NCBI GenBank assembly: GCA_950097015.1
Contig: CATNEN010000014.1
Location: forward strand, 2,170,001 to 2,234,000
Direction of reading: 5' to 3'
Source: Macrostomum hystrix
Lineage: Eukaryota; Animalia; Platyhelminthes
DNA: 64,000 nt
A program made the translations under genes and the position numbers. Below the pieces are notes generated by a model, which was not told the origin of the DNA, did not search any database, and saw only the letters and a program-made list of their open reading frames with translations. This document shows, piece after piece, positions 46,101 through 59,115 of the stretch (within the stretch, counting starts at the first letter, position 1; each line of letters opens with the position of its first letter).

Positions 46101-49100
46101 CAGAGACATGGAAACTCAACCACCAACCATGCCAACCACCCCACTCCAGCACAGCCAAACCATTCGACTCCGACAAGTCAACCACCCCACTCCACCGCAA
46201 ACCAACCCCACTCCGGCACTCACCAACCACCCCACCCCGCACAGCCAAACCATTCGACTCGGGCACAGGCCAACCACCCCACTCCACCGCAAACCAACCC
46301 CACTCCGGCACTCACCAACCACCCCACCCCGCACAGCCAAACCATTCGACTCCGGCACAGGCCAACCACCCCACTCCACCGCAAACCAACCCCACTCCGG
46401 CACTCACCAACCACCCCACCCCGCACAGCCAAACCATTCGACTCCGGCACAGGCCAACCACCCCACTCCACCGCAAACCAACCACCCCACTCTGGCACAC
46501 AACAGCCACCCCACTACGACACTCACCAACCACCCCCCTCGCACAGCCAAACCATTCCACTCCGGCACAGACCAACCACCGCACTCCGGCACAGACCAAC
46601 CACCCCACTCCGGCACAGACTCATACCTTCTTTTTCAAGGAGGACTTCTCGATCTTCGGCAGCCGCCCGCCGGGAGTGCGGGGAGTCGGCGATTCCAGAA
46701 TCTGGCTCACGCTGCCAGCTGTTGCCAGATCAGTTTGTTGCGGCTGAATGTTCGACTGTTGCTGACGCTGCAGCTGCTGGGATGAGTTGGACAGCCGGTC
46801 GGACTGCCGGCAGTCACTATCGGCGGCTCCGTCGGGCACCTCATCGCCATTGTCGTACTGCTCATCCTTGGTGCCCATGATATAGTCGTAGGTCGACATG
46901 CCGTTTTTGTCTGTTATGCGATTAGAGAATGCGAGATTATGTGTAAGGAATGTGAAGTTGCTCTAATTGATTGGCCTATCTCAATTCTGATTGGCTGCGG
47001 TCAGAGAAAACAGCTAGCTATGCAAGCTAGTTATTAGACTTGTAAGTGTCGGGACACAGCCTTACACGGAATTACAGGCCGGACTACCTCAAGTATCTAA
47101 ACAGGTGGATTTTATAGGGAGCAATTAGCCCGAGTCCTTGTTAAGCAGAAACTACACAGCAGAGAATGAGTAGACTCATTCTCTGCTTCACTGAGCAGTG
47201 TTTTCGCTTCCCAGAGCAATCTATGCAGCAACTGGTGCACTTGTTGCAGCAAAATATGCTTACAGTTCAAGGCCCACGCAAACGAATAGCGAGGATATAA
47301 AAAAGTTTTCTATTACAACACCAATGGAGCTCCTACGGCCTTCTCTCGCTTGTGTATAGGCCAATTTTGAAGAATTTCAACCCTATTGAAGAATTTTAAA
47401 CTAAAAGGTTCATATATTGCTGCTACGCACTTGGTCTATGACAATAGATCATATAGATTATGGATCATAGACCATAGACCATAGACCATAGACCATGGAT
47501 CATAGACCATAGACAATAGACCATATAGATTATGGATCATAGACCATAGACCATAGACCATAGATCATAGACCATGGATCATAGACCATAGACCATAGAC
47601 CATAGATCATAGACCATAGACAATAGACCATATAGATTATGGATCATAGACCATAGACCATAGATCATAGATCATAGACCATGGATCATAGACCATAGAC
47701 CATAGACCATAGATCATAGACCATGGATCATAGACCATAGACAATAGACCATATAGATTATGGATCATAGACCATAGACCATAGACCATAGATCATAGAC
47801 CATGGATCATAGACCATAGACCATAGACCATAGATCATAGACCATGGATCATAGACCATGGATCATAGACCATAGACCATGGATCATAGACCATAGACAA
47901 TAGACCATATAGATTATGGATCATAGACCATGAATCATAGACCACATACCATATAGACCATGGACCAATTACCAAAGACCAGGGATCATAGACCACATAC
48001 CATATAGACCATGGACCAATTACCATAGACCATGGATCATAGACCACATACCATATAGACCATGGACCAATTACCATAGACCATGGATCATAGACCATAG
48101 TGCACAAACCATGAAAGCGCAAAGCAGCGATGTACTCGCCAAATTCTAACTGAATTACCCACACGACACACACACAAATACGCAGGTTTCTCGCATGGAA
48201 AACGTCAGTGTGTGTTTAATCCGTTACATGCGCAGTAAAAAACGTGTTCTAGTGCATATTCCAGTGCTATTGCTATGAGACAGCTACATTTGTATTCAGC
48301 CTCTGAAAATTCAACCTTCTCTCACTTGGCCGGTGTTATCTCTGTGGCTATTTCATGGCTATCTGGCGACTTTGACATCACTGTTATTTAGCACTAGATA
48401 ACAGTTCAAATGACTAGAATTTATTTACAGTTGCTGACGTCATGCACCACAGCTCCCCGCCACTCACACAGGTAGAGATGAAAGTCGAGCAGCTGGAACA
48501 GCAGCACCAGGCCAACCAGTGCCAGTACACAGCTGAACAGCAGCACCAGTAGGAAGGCCAGGTCGCTGCAGGGAATGAACAGAACGCGGAAGAGGCTGCC
48601 GCCCTGCAGGTTGCCGGCTGTGAGAATCTGCGGCGGTGCCAGACTGGCGTTCACTCGACTGCTCAGGTATTCTGCGGTGCGAGATGGGGTGCCTGGCTAA
48701 CAGGTGACCTCCTTGCTTAACAGGTGACACCATTTCCTAACAAGTGCCACTCATGCCTAACAGGTAACACCCTGGCCTAACAGGTAGCACCCTTGCCTAA
48801 CAGGTGACACCCTTGCCTAACAGGTGACACCCTTGCCTAACAGGTGACACCCTTGCCTAACAGGTGACACCATTTCCTAACAAGTGCCACTCATGCCTAA
48901 CAGGTAACACCCTGGCCTAACAGGTAGCACCCTTGCCTAACAGGTGACACCCTTGCCTAACAGGTGACACCCTTGCCTAACAGGTGACACCCTTGCCTAA
49001 CAGGTGACACCATTTCCTAACAAGTGCCACTCATGCCTAACAGGTAACACCCTGGCCTAACAGGTAGCACCATTGCCTAACAGGTGACACCCTTGCCTAA

Positions 49101-50794
49101 CAGGTGACACCATTTCCTAACAAGTGCCACTCATGCCTAACAGGTAACACCCTGGCCTAACAGGTAGCACCCTTGCCTAACAGGTGACACCCTTGCCTAA
49201 CAGGTGACACCCTTGCCTAACAGGTGACACCCTTGCCTAACAGGTGACACCCTTGCCTAACAGGTGACACCATTTCCTAACAAGTGCCACTCATGCCTAA
49301 CAGGTAACACCCTGGCCTAACAGGTGACACCCTTGCCAAGGTGTAGTCTAACTAGTCTAAATCGAGGCACAAATATCAAAAAAATCCTCCTTATACTAAA
49401 TTTTATAAAATTCTAGGATTTTTAGGACCAAACTGACTGGCTTATAATTCAAAGCCACGCTTAGAATCAGTTCAAACTGTAATTTTGCTAATCAGCCTGT
49501 TTTGTGCACTAAGCTGGAAATGGAAGGTTGAGCAGTGCTCCAGTTGACTAGAAGTGCAGTCTCACCCTGATAAGGCTTGAGCATTGCGCCAGTCTTGCTG
49601 TCCAAGAAGTATGCTGCAACAACAGCAATGGTGAGGCACAGAATGATGAGCAGACCGATTGCGGCTGTGAGAAGTGTGGCCACGAATAGCCTGGAATTTT
49701 AATTGATTCTTAAATGACAAACACAATATTCGCTGGACAGTAGGTCTGCCTACTTCTCTCGTGGTCATGCTGAAGGTTTTTATACTAGTGAACGTCGTGT
49801 TCAGCGGCGTTCAGAATTAGCACCTTAAACTCACCTGTAATTCCTACTGCCGACGCAGTTGTTGAGCCATTTGCAGTGGTGATCAAAGTCCTGGATGCAC
49901 TTGTTGCAGCTGCTGCAGTGTTTGGTCTCATTGTTTGAACTGTAAGACATTGTAAAGAATTCAGTTACGCCAAGCTAGATACACGATATGATTGAACCGC
50001 TAGTCCGAACTTACATCTTGATTTCGCACAGATTGCAGAAGTAGTTCTCGATCACGTGCTTGTGGATATTCTTGTCCAGCTTTGGCACAGGCTTAATGCC
50101 CTCTAGCTTTTGCTTCTGTCTAAGGTTGACATCCGCAGGGTCCAAGAGAGTTGACAGCGAGTGGACGGTGAGGTGAGCAACAACAGGCAGAGATACGATC
50201 TGATTTTCAGTTCAGAATTCAAGCTAAGGAAAATATTGATGACTTATGTTCGTAGTGGTATGTGAAATGCATGTACAACTCTATGTATGCATTTTGTTAG
50301 AACTGAAAATTTTCTATACACATAATACTTCTATTACTGTTGAGGCATACAGTTTTTATTAGTAAATAACGATTTATAAAAAAATCAGAAATAAGTTTTA
50401 AAAAGTAAATATGGTTTAATAAATATTTCAAATGTATGTTTATGCATCTTATAAAAATGCGAATTTTTAACCAAATTACATTACTGCAGATTTAAATTAA
50501 ATAAAGCCTTCACTACTATATCTATACTTTATTCATTTAAGTGTAACTGTAATTGCAAGTATAATATACAGTTTCCTCAAATAAATAAATTAGCTGGCTT
50601 TTATACAATAGTAATAAACTCTGATAAAAGGATACAATTCCAAAGCTTATCTGAAGCGACAAAATAATCTGTGGTATTAATGTTGTGTAGAATATCAAAC
50701 AGAAGTACAATACTGCAGTCCAAGCAATAAATTGAAATCCATGAGGTGGGCATGAAAGACCATTTTGTCTTCGATATTCTCTGTATTCTGACAT
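43133..50794 (-). CDS. DHHC palmitoyltransferase, ZDHHC1/ZDHHC11-like, 9 coding exons, 629 aa
   Basis: Exons (-): 50794-50636, 50199-50015, 49939-49835, 49690-49566, 48671-48468, 46910-46627, 46055-45882, 45800-45551, 43536-43133; phase-consistent GT-AG. N-terminal [29 protein letters not shown]...[37 protein letters not shown]...MSTYDYI. Exons 7-9 are low-complexity and less certain. Confidence 0.88.
43630..44575. repeat. 20-bp minisatellite (GGGTGTCCAGAGGGATAGTA) in ZDHHC intron 8
   Basis: Direct inspection; contains an internal block duplication. Confidence 0.94.
45176..45428 (-). mobile_element. tRNA-derived CORE-like SINE, copy 3 (ZDHHC intron 8)
   Basis: Minus strand: TGTGCCATGTGGTTGAACGTCGAACTCACGAC...GGGGGTTCGATTCCCGAC...TGTGACCTTTAGCAAGACACTTTACCC...CAGGTGTAATCAAT. 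Confidence 0.8.
46115..46620. repeat. 92-bp C/A-rich tandem repeat filling ZDHHC intron 6
   Basis: Period 92 (e.g. 46211 versus 46303). Confidence 0.9.
47447..48098. repeat. (CATAGAC)n-based array in ZDHHC intron 5
   Basis: Direct inspection. Confidence 0.93.
48702..49338. repeat. 20-bp minisatellite (CACCCTTGCCTAACAGGTGA) in ZDHHC intron 4
   Basis: Direct inspection. Confidence 0.95.
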
Positions 50795-51850
50795 AGGTTT
50801 GATAAACGTTATCACCCAGCTTCAATGAAAACTGCATAGATTATGCAACCACGCATCGTCTTATTTCATGACAGTTAATTTTTGTTTTCGTTTTTTCACT
50901 CCTTAAAAGTTTCTATTTTGAATAATTGTTAAATAACATATTAACATGAATTTCCGCGGTAACGCTATAAACACTTTTAGGTTAATATAACAATACTAAA
51001 TGTAGCTCAAAATGATTTGCGAACTATAATAACTCTATGCTCTTGTTTAGATAAAAGGTATTTTTCTGATTAGGCACAGGCCATACACAGAAATATATTT
51101 AAAATGTACCAGATAGCTTGTGGCATATACTCGATAATTTAGTTTTGTAAAAGTGAATTTTTTATAACTCTCTATTTGGAATATAATAGTTGTTTATTTA
51201 TAGCACGCTACTCTAGTTTTGCGTGCCTGCGCGCTAAAAACGGTGCAAAAAGGTTCGCATTTATGCGCATCCCATTAGTTTTATCTCATAAAAACCAGGG
51301 ACAACAAATTAATAGAGTAGATTGTTGTTGGTAATATAGATTGATGCTAAGCAATGAAGTAAGTAATAAAAAATATATAACCTAGACCTTATCAAACTAT
51401 TCTATGTATACTATGTGTACACTAAATTATACGCGTTGCTTAGTCGTCCTTGATAAAAACTGAATGCGTAATTTAATATTCATTGCTGAAGAGTTGGACT
51501 ATTTTGAGAGTTATTTTCTTTATGTAGAGCGATCGCCTCACTATTTACTATTCCATCATGTTTGTAATGAGTAATCACTTTTCAATTATGTTTCAATAAT
51601 CATCCTCATACATAATTAGATTTTATCATCGTCACCGTTATCATCAGAAGTTAAATTTTACAGCTGCTGTGTTTGATTTAAAGCACTAGAAATGACAAGT
51701 TATAAAGCCAATTATTCACACCAAAGAATTTAAAATTATTTTGCCATTAATTTATATGAATATAGGGAAATCCGAAAATTGCTTCTTTGACTAGAAAAGT
51801 TTATTAAAATAGGCACAAAAGCAAGCATCTCATTTCCAATTTGCAGAGCC

Positions 51851-52073
51851 ATGATGGTGGGCCCAGCTGACTATTACGGCATCCTGCAGGTCAGCAGTTT
51901 AGCCAGTCAGCGGGACATCAAGAAGGCCTACTATGCGCTAGCCATGAAGCACCACCCGGACAAGAACCCAACGGCCGATCAGCATGCCTGCGAGGAGCAG
52001 TTCAAGAAAATCAAAGCGGCCTACGAGGTCCTGTCCCAGGAGGGCTCGCGCATGATGTACGACGCTTCTCTGA

Positions 52074-52126
<53 letters not shown>

Positions 52127-55100
52127 GCTTCACAGCAGCAACAGAGCCAGCAACAAAATCAGTCAGGGCATAAATTTAAGTTTTGGAACGGGGAAAGCTA
52201 CTACTCATACAATGAGAGGGAGCAGCATCAGCAGCAGCAGCAACAGCAGCAGCAGCCAAAGCGGAAGCAGCAGTCGCAGAGCTCAAAGAAGAAGCCGCCG
52301 TGGGACTCCGGCTTCGCTTTTCCCGAGTCCAAGTCGCGCGGCCCGGCGGACGGTCAGGAGGCAAGCGGCGCGGGCCGCAGCTCCAGGGAGAAGGCGGAGA
52401 GCTACGCCAAGTGGCGCGACGCCTTCCAAGCCTACTTCAGGCGCAACTTCGGGGAGGACCCGCCCGCTTCTGACCTGGACGACGAGGAGGACGACGAAGA
52501 AGCATCAGATGCTGGCGGGGACAGCGACGATGCGGATCTGCGCCGCGCGGATCCCAGTCGATTTCGCAGCTTCGAGGAGTTCTCCAAGTGGCGGCACAAC
52601 CGCAGCAAGCCGGCCAAGGGACCGGAGGGCGCCAAGAGCTTCCAGTTCTGGTTTGGAGACGAGGACCCGCGGACTCGGGGCAGCTTCGGGCAGCGTCGTA
52701 GCACAAGTGAGTAGTGAGTACTCAGTGAGCAGGTTTGAAGACCAGGCCTCTAATTCTAAGCTCGCCACCAACTTGCACTTTTGCAGACGACGCCTTTGTC
52801 AAGTGCAAATTTTGCCACTCGATGATGAACGTTGAGGAGCTGGTGAGTGAGCCTCACTATAACTCCCTTGAGCACATGCTCAAAGTAGAGAGGCTTATTA
52901 TAGAACCCCCATTCTAACTCCGAACCTTTTGATGCAAGAGTAGAGAGCTGTAACTTCATTTTCAGGGACATTGTAAATATTTATTTTAAGAATTAGTATA
53001 TAGACTAGCACTTATCTCCCCCCTTTGGAAGAGATCAAACCAAAGTGGATTTGGGACAAAATTGAATGCGCATTGAAGGCATCATCAATTGAACTAATTC
53101 GAATGACTTTCGAACTTGGACCTTGACGTTTTAAAGAAGCGGTACGTAATTTACAGATGGAGGCAACCAAAGCCCTCTTTAACAGAAAACCAGGCAACCA
53201 ACGTCCCACTAGCAATAAACACAAAGCAGCCTTTGGATGATAATTTAGCCCCTGAAGGGCATAAATTGTACAAGAAGCCCCAGGCCTTCTCTTCGCGGCC
53301 GCGCCCCAATTGAATGTGGTCACGGACTCAGGGGCTTCAGTGCGAGTAACACACTAGCTGATATCTGTCGATTGCGAACCCTGGCAGGTCAGCCACGAGC
53401 CGAGCTGCGAGCACCGCCCGAAGCCGAAGCCGCCCAGCGCCCCGTGGACAGCCGAGACGGACGCCACCGAGGAGGCCGCAGCCGGCCGGGGCTGGCGCGA
53501 TTGGCGCGACGCGCACGCGAGCACGCAGAGTTCGATTCGGCGCGACCGCACGCGGATGGCGGCCGCCGGGACCGCGGCGTTCAGCCATTTTTCAGCCGGC
53601 ATCGGCGACGACCTGGACGACGATGAGTGCGGAGGCGAATCGGGTAAATTTTGGAATTTCTGCTCAAATCCGATATGTATTGAAATAGTGTTCGGAACCC
53701 GATTGAAGCCGATATGTACTGAAATAGTGTTCGGAACCCGATTGAAGCCGATATGTATTGAAATAGTGTTCAGAACCCGATTGAAGCCGATATGTATTGA
53801 AATAGTGTTCGGAACCTGATTGAAGCCGATATGTACTGAAATAGTGTTCGGAACCCGATTGAAGCCGATATGTATTGAAATTGTTCTTGGAGTCCGATTT
53901 CAAGTCTTGGTGTTGCAAATCGAGCTCATGCTATCACCCATGAGGCTTAAGGCTTTATTGAACGATGCCGACGGGGTTAACAGTGCGTACCTTGTTACCT
54001 GTTCCCCAAATTAACCGCAACCCAAAATTTGACAACATTTCAGACCACCTGAGAGTGCCAGAGAATCCAAGTGAGTTTTTTCTCAACTCTGAGCTCACAC
54101 CGCTAGTTGCCATGCATAATTAATTATCTCAGACATAGCATTACCTGTCAATTAGGTCTTGGCGCCTCATATTAAAAACATTTCGCATTTCAGGCCTGTT
54201 TCGGTGCCCGGTCTGCCTGAGGACTTTTCTGCGCAGACAGATCGGTGATCACGTGACTCAGTGCAGACAGCAGCAGCAGCAGCAGCAGCAGTCTCGCTAC
54301 CATGGCAACAACGAGGCGACAGGTGCGCATAGGTCATCTAGGACCAGAGAGGTGAGAATGTGACTCTGGATAGATAGATTTGACCTGAGACAACAGTTGG
54401 GCCGGATGTACAGCTGTTCAGTCAATGGACTGATGAGGCCTCCTTGATGAAGACGTTGGTAGAAAATTTCTTACACTTCCTAACCCTCGACTTCCGCCAG
54501 CAACAGCGGCCGCCCCAGCCTGGCGCTGCACCGAGGCGAGACTCGGCCAAGCTGCCAGACATTGGCGTAACGGCCTCAGCCACCACTGCAAACGCCGGAA
54601 ACAGCGGCGGCTGTCAGCAAAGGCGCCCGGCCAATCAGCAGAGACAGCAGCAGCAGCAGCAGCAGCAGACTGCTAGCGGAAGACGCAGCTCAATCCCAGC
54701 TCAGCATACAGAGGCCAAATTAAAGTGAGTGATCTATATTATCAACTGGATTAGGAACCCTGACATTCAGGACAGTATTCAGAGGTCAGCCAATCAGATG
54801 TAAGGAGCCTGATTCAAGCTGTTAGATGCGCAGTATTAGGCCAGCCAATCAGATGTAAGGAGCATGATTCATGCTGTTAGATGCACAGTATTGGGTCAGC
54901 CAATCAGATGTAAGGAGCATGATTCATGCTGTTAGATGCACAGTATTGGGTCAGCCAATCAGATGTAAGGAGCCTGATTCAAGCTGTTGGATGCACAGTA
55001 TTACGCCAGCCAATCAGATGTAAGGAGCCTGATTCAAGCTGTTAGATGCACAGTATTGGGCCAGCCAATCAGATGTAAGGAGCCTGATTCAAGCTGTTGG

Positions 55101-55534
55101 ATGCACAGTATTGGGCCAGCCAATCAGATGTAAGGAGCCTGATTCAAGCTGTTAGATGCACAGTATTGGGCCAGCCAATCAGATGTAAGGAGCCTGATTC
55201 AAGCTGTTGGATGCACAGTATTGGGCCAGCCAATCAGATGTAAGGAGCATGATTCAAGGAGCCTGATTCAAGCTGTTGGATGCTAAGTATTAGGGGAGCC
55301 AAGGAAGGTTAAGTTAAATGAAGTAAATTAGTTCTTACTAATAATTAAATTGTAACTTTTTTACTGAAATGATGTTTTGTTTATTTCTCCTTTTCTGTAC
55401 TTTTAAGCGTGAACTTTTCCGAGCGAATCCACGCGGCCGAGTCCGGTGGCTGCCCCGGCTGCAGACTGCGGTTTGGCAGGGACGCCCGTTTCGTCTGCAG
55501 CTGCGGCTTCAAGGCCACCGCCAACAAGGCCTGA
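51851..55534 (+). CDS. J-domain (DnaJ/Hsp40 class C) protein with two C2HC zinc fingers and a C-terminal Cys4 motif, 6 exons, about 558 aa
   Basis: Exons 51851-52706, 52787-52842, 53388-53643, 54194-54351, 54501-54724, 55408-55534; all GT-AG and phase-consistent. J-domain with intact HPD (DYYGILQV...AMKHHPDKN...AYEVLS); CKFC-x11-H-x3-C spans the exon 2/3 join; CPVC-x11-H-x3-C in exon 4; terminal CPGC-x10-CSCG. Confidence 0.8.
53670..53885. repeat. 39-bp minisatellite (CCGATATGTATTGAAATAGTGTTCGGAACCCGATTGAAG), about 5.5 copies, J-protein intron 3
   Basis: Direct inspection. Confidence 0.93.
54785..55275. repeat. 55-bp minisatellite containing AGCCAATCAG, about 8.5 copies, J-protein intron 5
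   Basis: Period 55 (54846 versus 54901). Confidence 0.93.
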
Positions 55535-55669
55535 GCTCAAATACCTCTGCTCAAGACCTATATAGTGTATTTATTGGTGCTTATTTTGATTACGTCATGT
55601 ATTTCCACCTTGCTAATTTATCTTTAGTATGCTCCAGATTGATGGAATAGCTGCAATCGACTGTTCCGT

Positions 55670-56450
55670 ATGTGCTCAAGACTGCTCAGCTGAGATCAAT
55701 AGTTTATTAGTGTGCTCAAGACTGCTCAGCTGAGATCAATAGTTTATTAGTGTGCTCAAGACTGCTCAGCTGAGATCAATAGTTTATTAGTATGCTCAAG
55801 ACTGCTCAGCTGGGATCAATAGTTTATTAGTGTGCTCAAGACTGCTCAGCTGAGATCAATAGTTTATTATTGTGGTCAAGACTGCTCAGCTGAGATCAAT
55901 AGTTCGGTATTGTGCTCAAGACTGCTCAGCTGAGATCAATAGTTCGGTAGTGTGCTCAAGACTGCTCAGCTGGGATCAATAGTTTATTAGTGTGCTCAAG
56001 ACTGCTCAGCTGAGATCAATAGTTTATTAGTGTGCTCAAGACTGCTCAGCTGGGATCAATAGTTTATTAGTGTGCTCAAGACTGCTCAGCTGAGATCAAT
56101 AGTTTATTAGTGTGCTCAAGACTGCTCAGCTGGGATCAATAGTTTATTAGTATGCTCAAGACTGCTCAGCTGGGATCAATAGTTTATTAGTGTGCTCAAG
56201 ACTGCTCAGCTGGGATCAATAGTTTATTAGTGTGCTCAAGACTGCTCAGCTGAGATCAATAGTTTATTAGTGTGCTCAAGACTGCTCAGCTGAGATCAAT
56301 AGTTTGTTAGTGTGCTCAAGACTGCTCAGCTGAGATCAATAGTTTATTAGTGTGCTCAAGACTGCTCAGCTGAGATCAATAGTTTGTTAGTGTGCTCAAG
56401 ACTGCTCAGCTGAGATCAATAGTTTATTAGTGTGCTCAAGACTGTTTAAC
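55670..56450. repeat. 40-bp minisatellite (ACTGCTCAGCTGAGATCAATAGTTTATTAGTGTGCTCAAG), about 19 copies
   Basis: Direct inspection. Confidence 0.95.
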
Positions 56451-57280
56451 TGAGCACTGAGCACACTACTTAACTGAGATTTCCAATAGTTCTGTTTGTG
56501 CTTACGACTGCTCAACTCGCAGCATTCAAATTCATACCATCATTTAGTCCTAAAAGTGCGCACTACTTTGTTGAATGCCGAAAAGTACTCATTTACCTTG
56601 TATTTCGTACCGTACCAGGCATTTATGTACAAATCGCTTCATTCTCTGCTCACAATTTCCCCGACCTATTTTCTTTCATAGTACATTTTTATAGCTTTTA
56701 GCCTACGAAAGCTGTTCTCATTCCGTCGTATTTTTACCTATTAAATTATACTGTTTTGTTTTGTAAATTCCTTAACGTAAATCGCTTTACTGGTCTAAAT
56801 TTTGAGGAGACGTATTATACTACTTACGATGGAAGCCGCTTGCAGTAGTGTGTATGTGGAATTCGTGTTTTTAGTGTTTTTTTATGTGGAATTTTCCGCT
56901 TAGACAAGTAGATTTTCACTGAAATACTCACAGAGACCAATTTTCGTATTTGTTTTCAAACCCGCCTATTATTTTCCTCTCACTGGATTGAAAAAACTTT
57001 CTTTAACTGAACTCGTATTACTAGTGTTCCGCTATAGAAACCGGAAATCAGAAAAAAGTATTCAATTTTCCTATTTTTACTTATTATAACAAAACGAGAC
57101 GACACGATCGATATTTATTATCTGATTCAATTGCTTCTATAAGCATAGATTGCTTAACAGATAAGTAGATATTTTATTTATAATTAGATATATGCATATA
57201 TAGATTATCTTACTTAACTCTGTGTTTTCGTCAGAAATAAATTCAAGATTTTGCTGATTTTAAAGCTCAATTATGATTTT

Positions 57281-57362
57281 CAGTAGTATGTACTGACTCA
57301 ATACTTGCAGTAGTATGTACTGATCAATACTTGCAGTAGTATGTACTGACTCAATACTTGCT
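57281..57362. repeat. 3 copies of ~27-28-bp CAGTAGTATGTACTGACTCAATACTTG
   Basis: Direct inspection. Confidence 0.8.
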
Positions 57363-58204
57363 GAATGTGTTTATGGGATTAGACATAACGTGTTCCACTA
57401 TCCCACACACATATTCACTTCAATTCTAACCAAAATTATGTAATAGGCCTCTAAAACATAAAGTTGTGCAAGTTAAATTTACGCGAGAAAAATAATTTGT
57501 TTAAAGCGAAACAAAAAAAAATATTTTCCGATTTGTTTAAATTGTCTAACAGTAAAAAATTTTTTCTGAAATGTTTGTTAAAATAGGCGCGAACCAAAAG
57601 ATATATTTTGTAATAAAATTTTGTTAAAACAATTGGAAATAAAACATTATATAAGCAGGAACTTTGGAGATAGAAATTCATCGTGTGCCTTCGGGACAAA
57701 CTTCCTCACAAACAAGCAAACATCCGAAATCTTAATTCTTTTGAAACTATACCTGAAGCAGAATATTCAGAGAAGGGAACATTTGCATGAACAGGAGTGT
57801 TCAGAATACTTAGAGGACAACGAAAGTAATACACGAATTTCGGAGTTTATCCATAGGTGGTTCAAAGGCCTAATTGCTGTGACCCTCTAATCCACAGGTA
57901 CGCCTGACGGATTAAGTGCATAACCGGTGCTAAAAGACCTCTCAGGCCACGTATACACGTACAAGAGAGAGATCAGAGAGAGAGAGAAGCGCTAACCTAG
58001 AGAATAAAGGTGCAAATAAGGAATATCTTAGGAACATTCCTTTGATAGCAGTTCCTTCTGCTTGGTGGCAGCACTACTAGCAATAAATAGTAACTTTTGG
58101 TAACTAAAGGGTAATAGTGAGAGTGTAACATTACAGTGGAGACTATTGAAGAGAGAGCCCTAGAGCAGTTACTTTTCCCTCCTTAATCTTTCTACCTGGA
58201 TCTA

Positions 58205-58520
58205 ACACTGCCCTCCCACTGCCCGCCCTCTACCCGCCATCTGCCCTCCCTCTGCCCACCCTCTGCGCGCCCTCTGCCCTCCCTCTCCCCACCCTCTGCC
58301 CGCCCTCTGCCCGCCCTCTGCCCTCCCACTGCCCGCCCTCTACCCGCCATCTGCCCTCCCTCTGCCCGCCCTCTACCCGCCATCTGCCCTCCCTCTGCCC
58401 ACCCTCTGCCCGCCCTCTACCCGCCATCTGCCCTCCCACTGCGCGCCCTCTACCCGCCATCTGCCGTCCCACTGCGCGCCCTCTACCCGCCATCTGCCCT
58501 CCCACTGCCCGCCCTGTGCC
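58205..58520. repeat. C-rich degenerate minisatellite (CTGCCCGCCCTCT variants)
   Basis: Direct inspection. Confidence 0.88.
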
Positions 58521-59115
58521 CTCACTCTTGCATTATAATGGTCATAATGACGACAAAATTAAGCACAAATAAATTGTGAATCGTTGAATTACAAAACAAA
58601 AGAAGGGCCGAAAAACACACTTGAGCAGTGCTCACAGACCTGCGTGAAGGCATCCACCCCAGGTCACCTGAGCAGTACAAGAATTGCAGAGACTGCATGG
58701 TGCTCGAGTAATATGCTGTGGCCGACAGAAGCACCGAGGGAGAGAGAGGGAGAGAGGGAGACAGTGAGCCGATTGTCAAGCGTTCTCTGAGTGGCATTTT
58801 GCTTGCATAATTTGAGTTAGCTTTGTGAGCTGGGCATGCCTGAGAACAAGAGAGCGGAGTGGGGGTGGACCAGCCCAACTAAAAACGCGCTGCCAGTCTC
58901 AAATTTTTAGCTTGCCAGTTCTGGGACAAGATGATAAGAACTACACTAACTGAGGCTAAATATTAATTTTAAGCCTCGCAACTTGGAGAATATTCAACGA
59001 TAGGAAAGTCTGAACAATAGAGAGTCAAGCAGATTGAAGGGCCAGCTACAACAGAAGCAGAATCCGAGTGAAAAGCGCTGACAGCAAAGAGTTGAATACC
59101 TATCGAGGCCGGTCA

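Noticed and set aside
57360-58720. Possible small plus-strand gene (ORF 57621-57890; exon-like DLREGIHPRSPEQYKNCRDCMVLE at ~58630-58710)
   Set aside because: No phase-consistent joining and no recognised domain; left unannotated.
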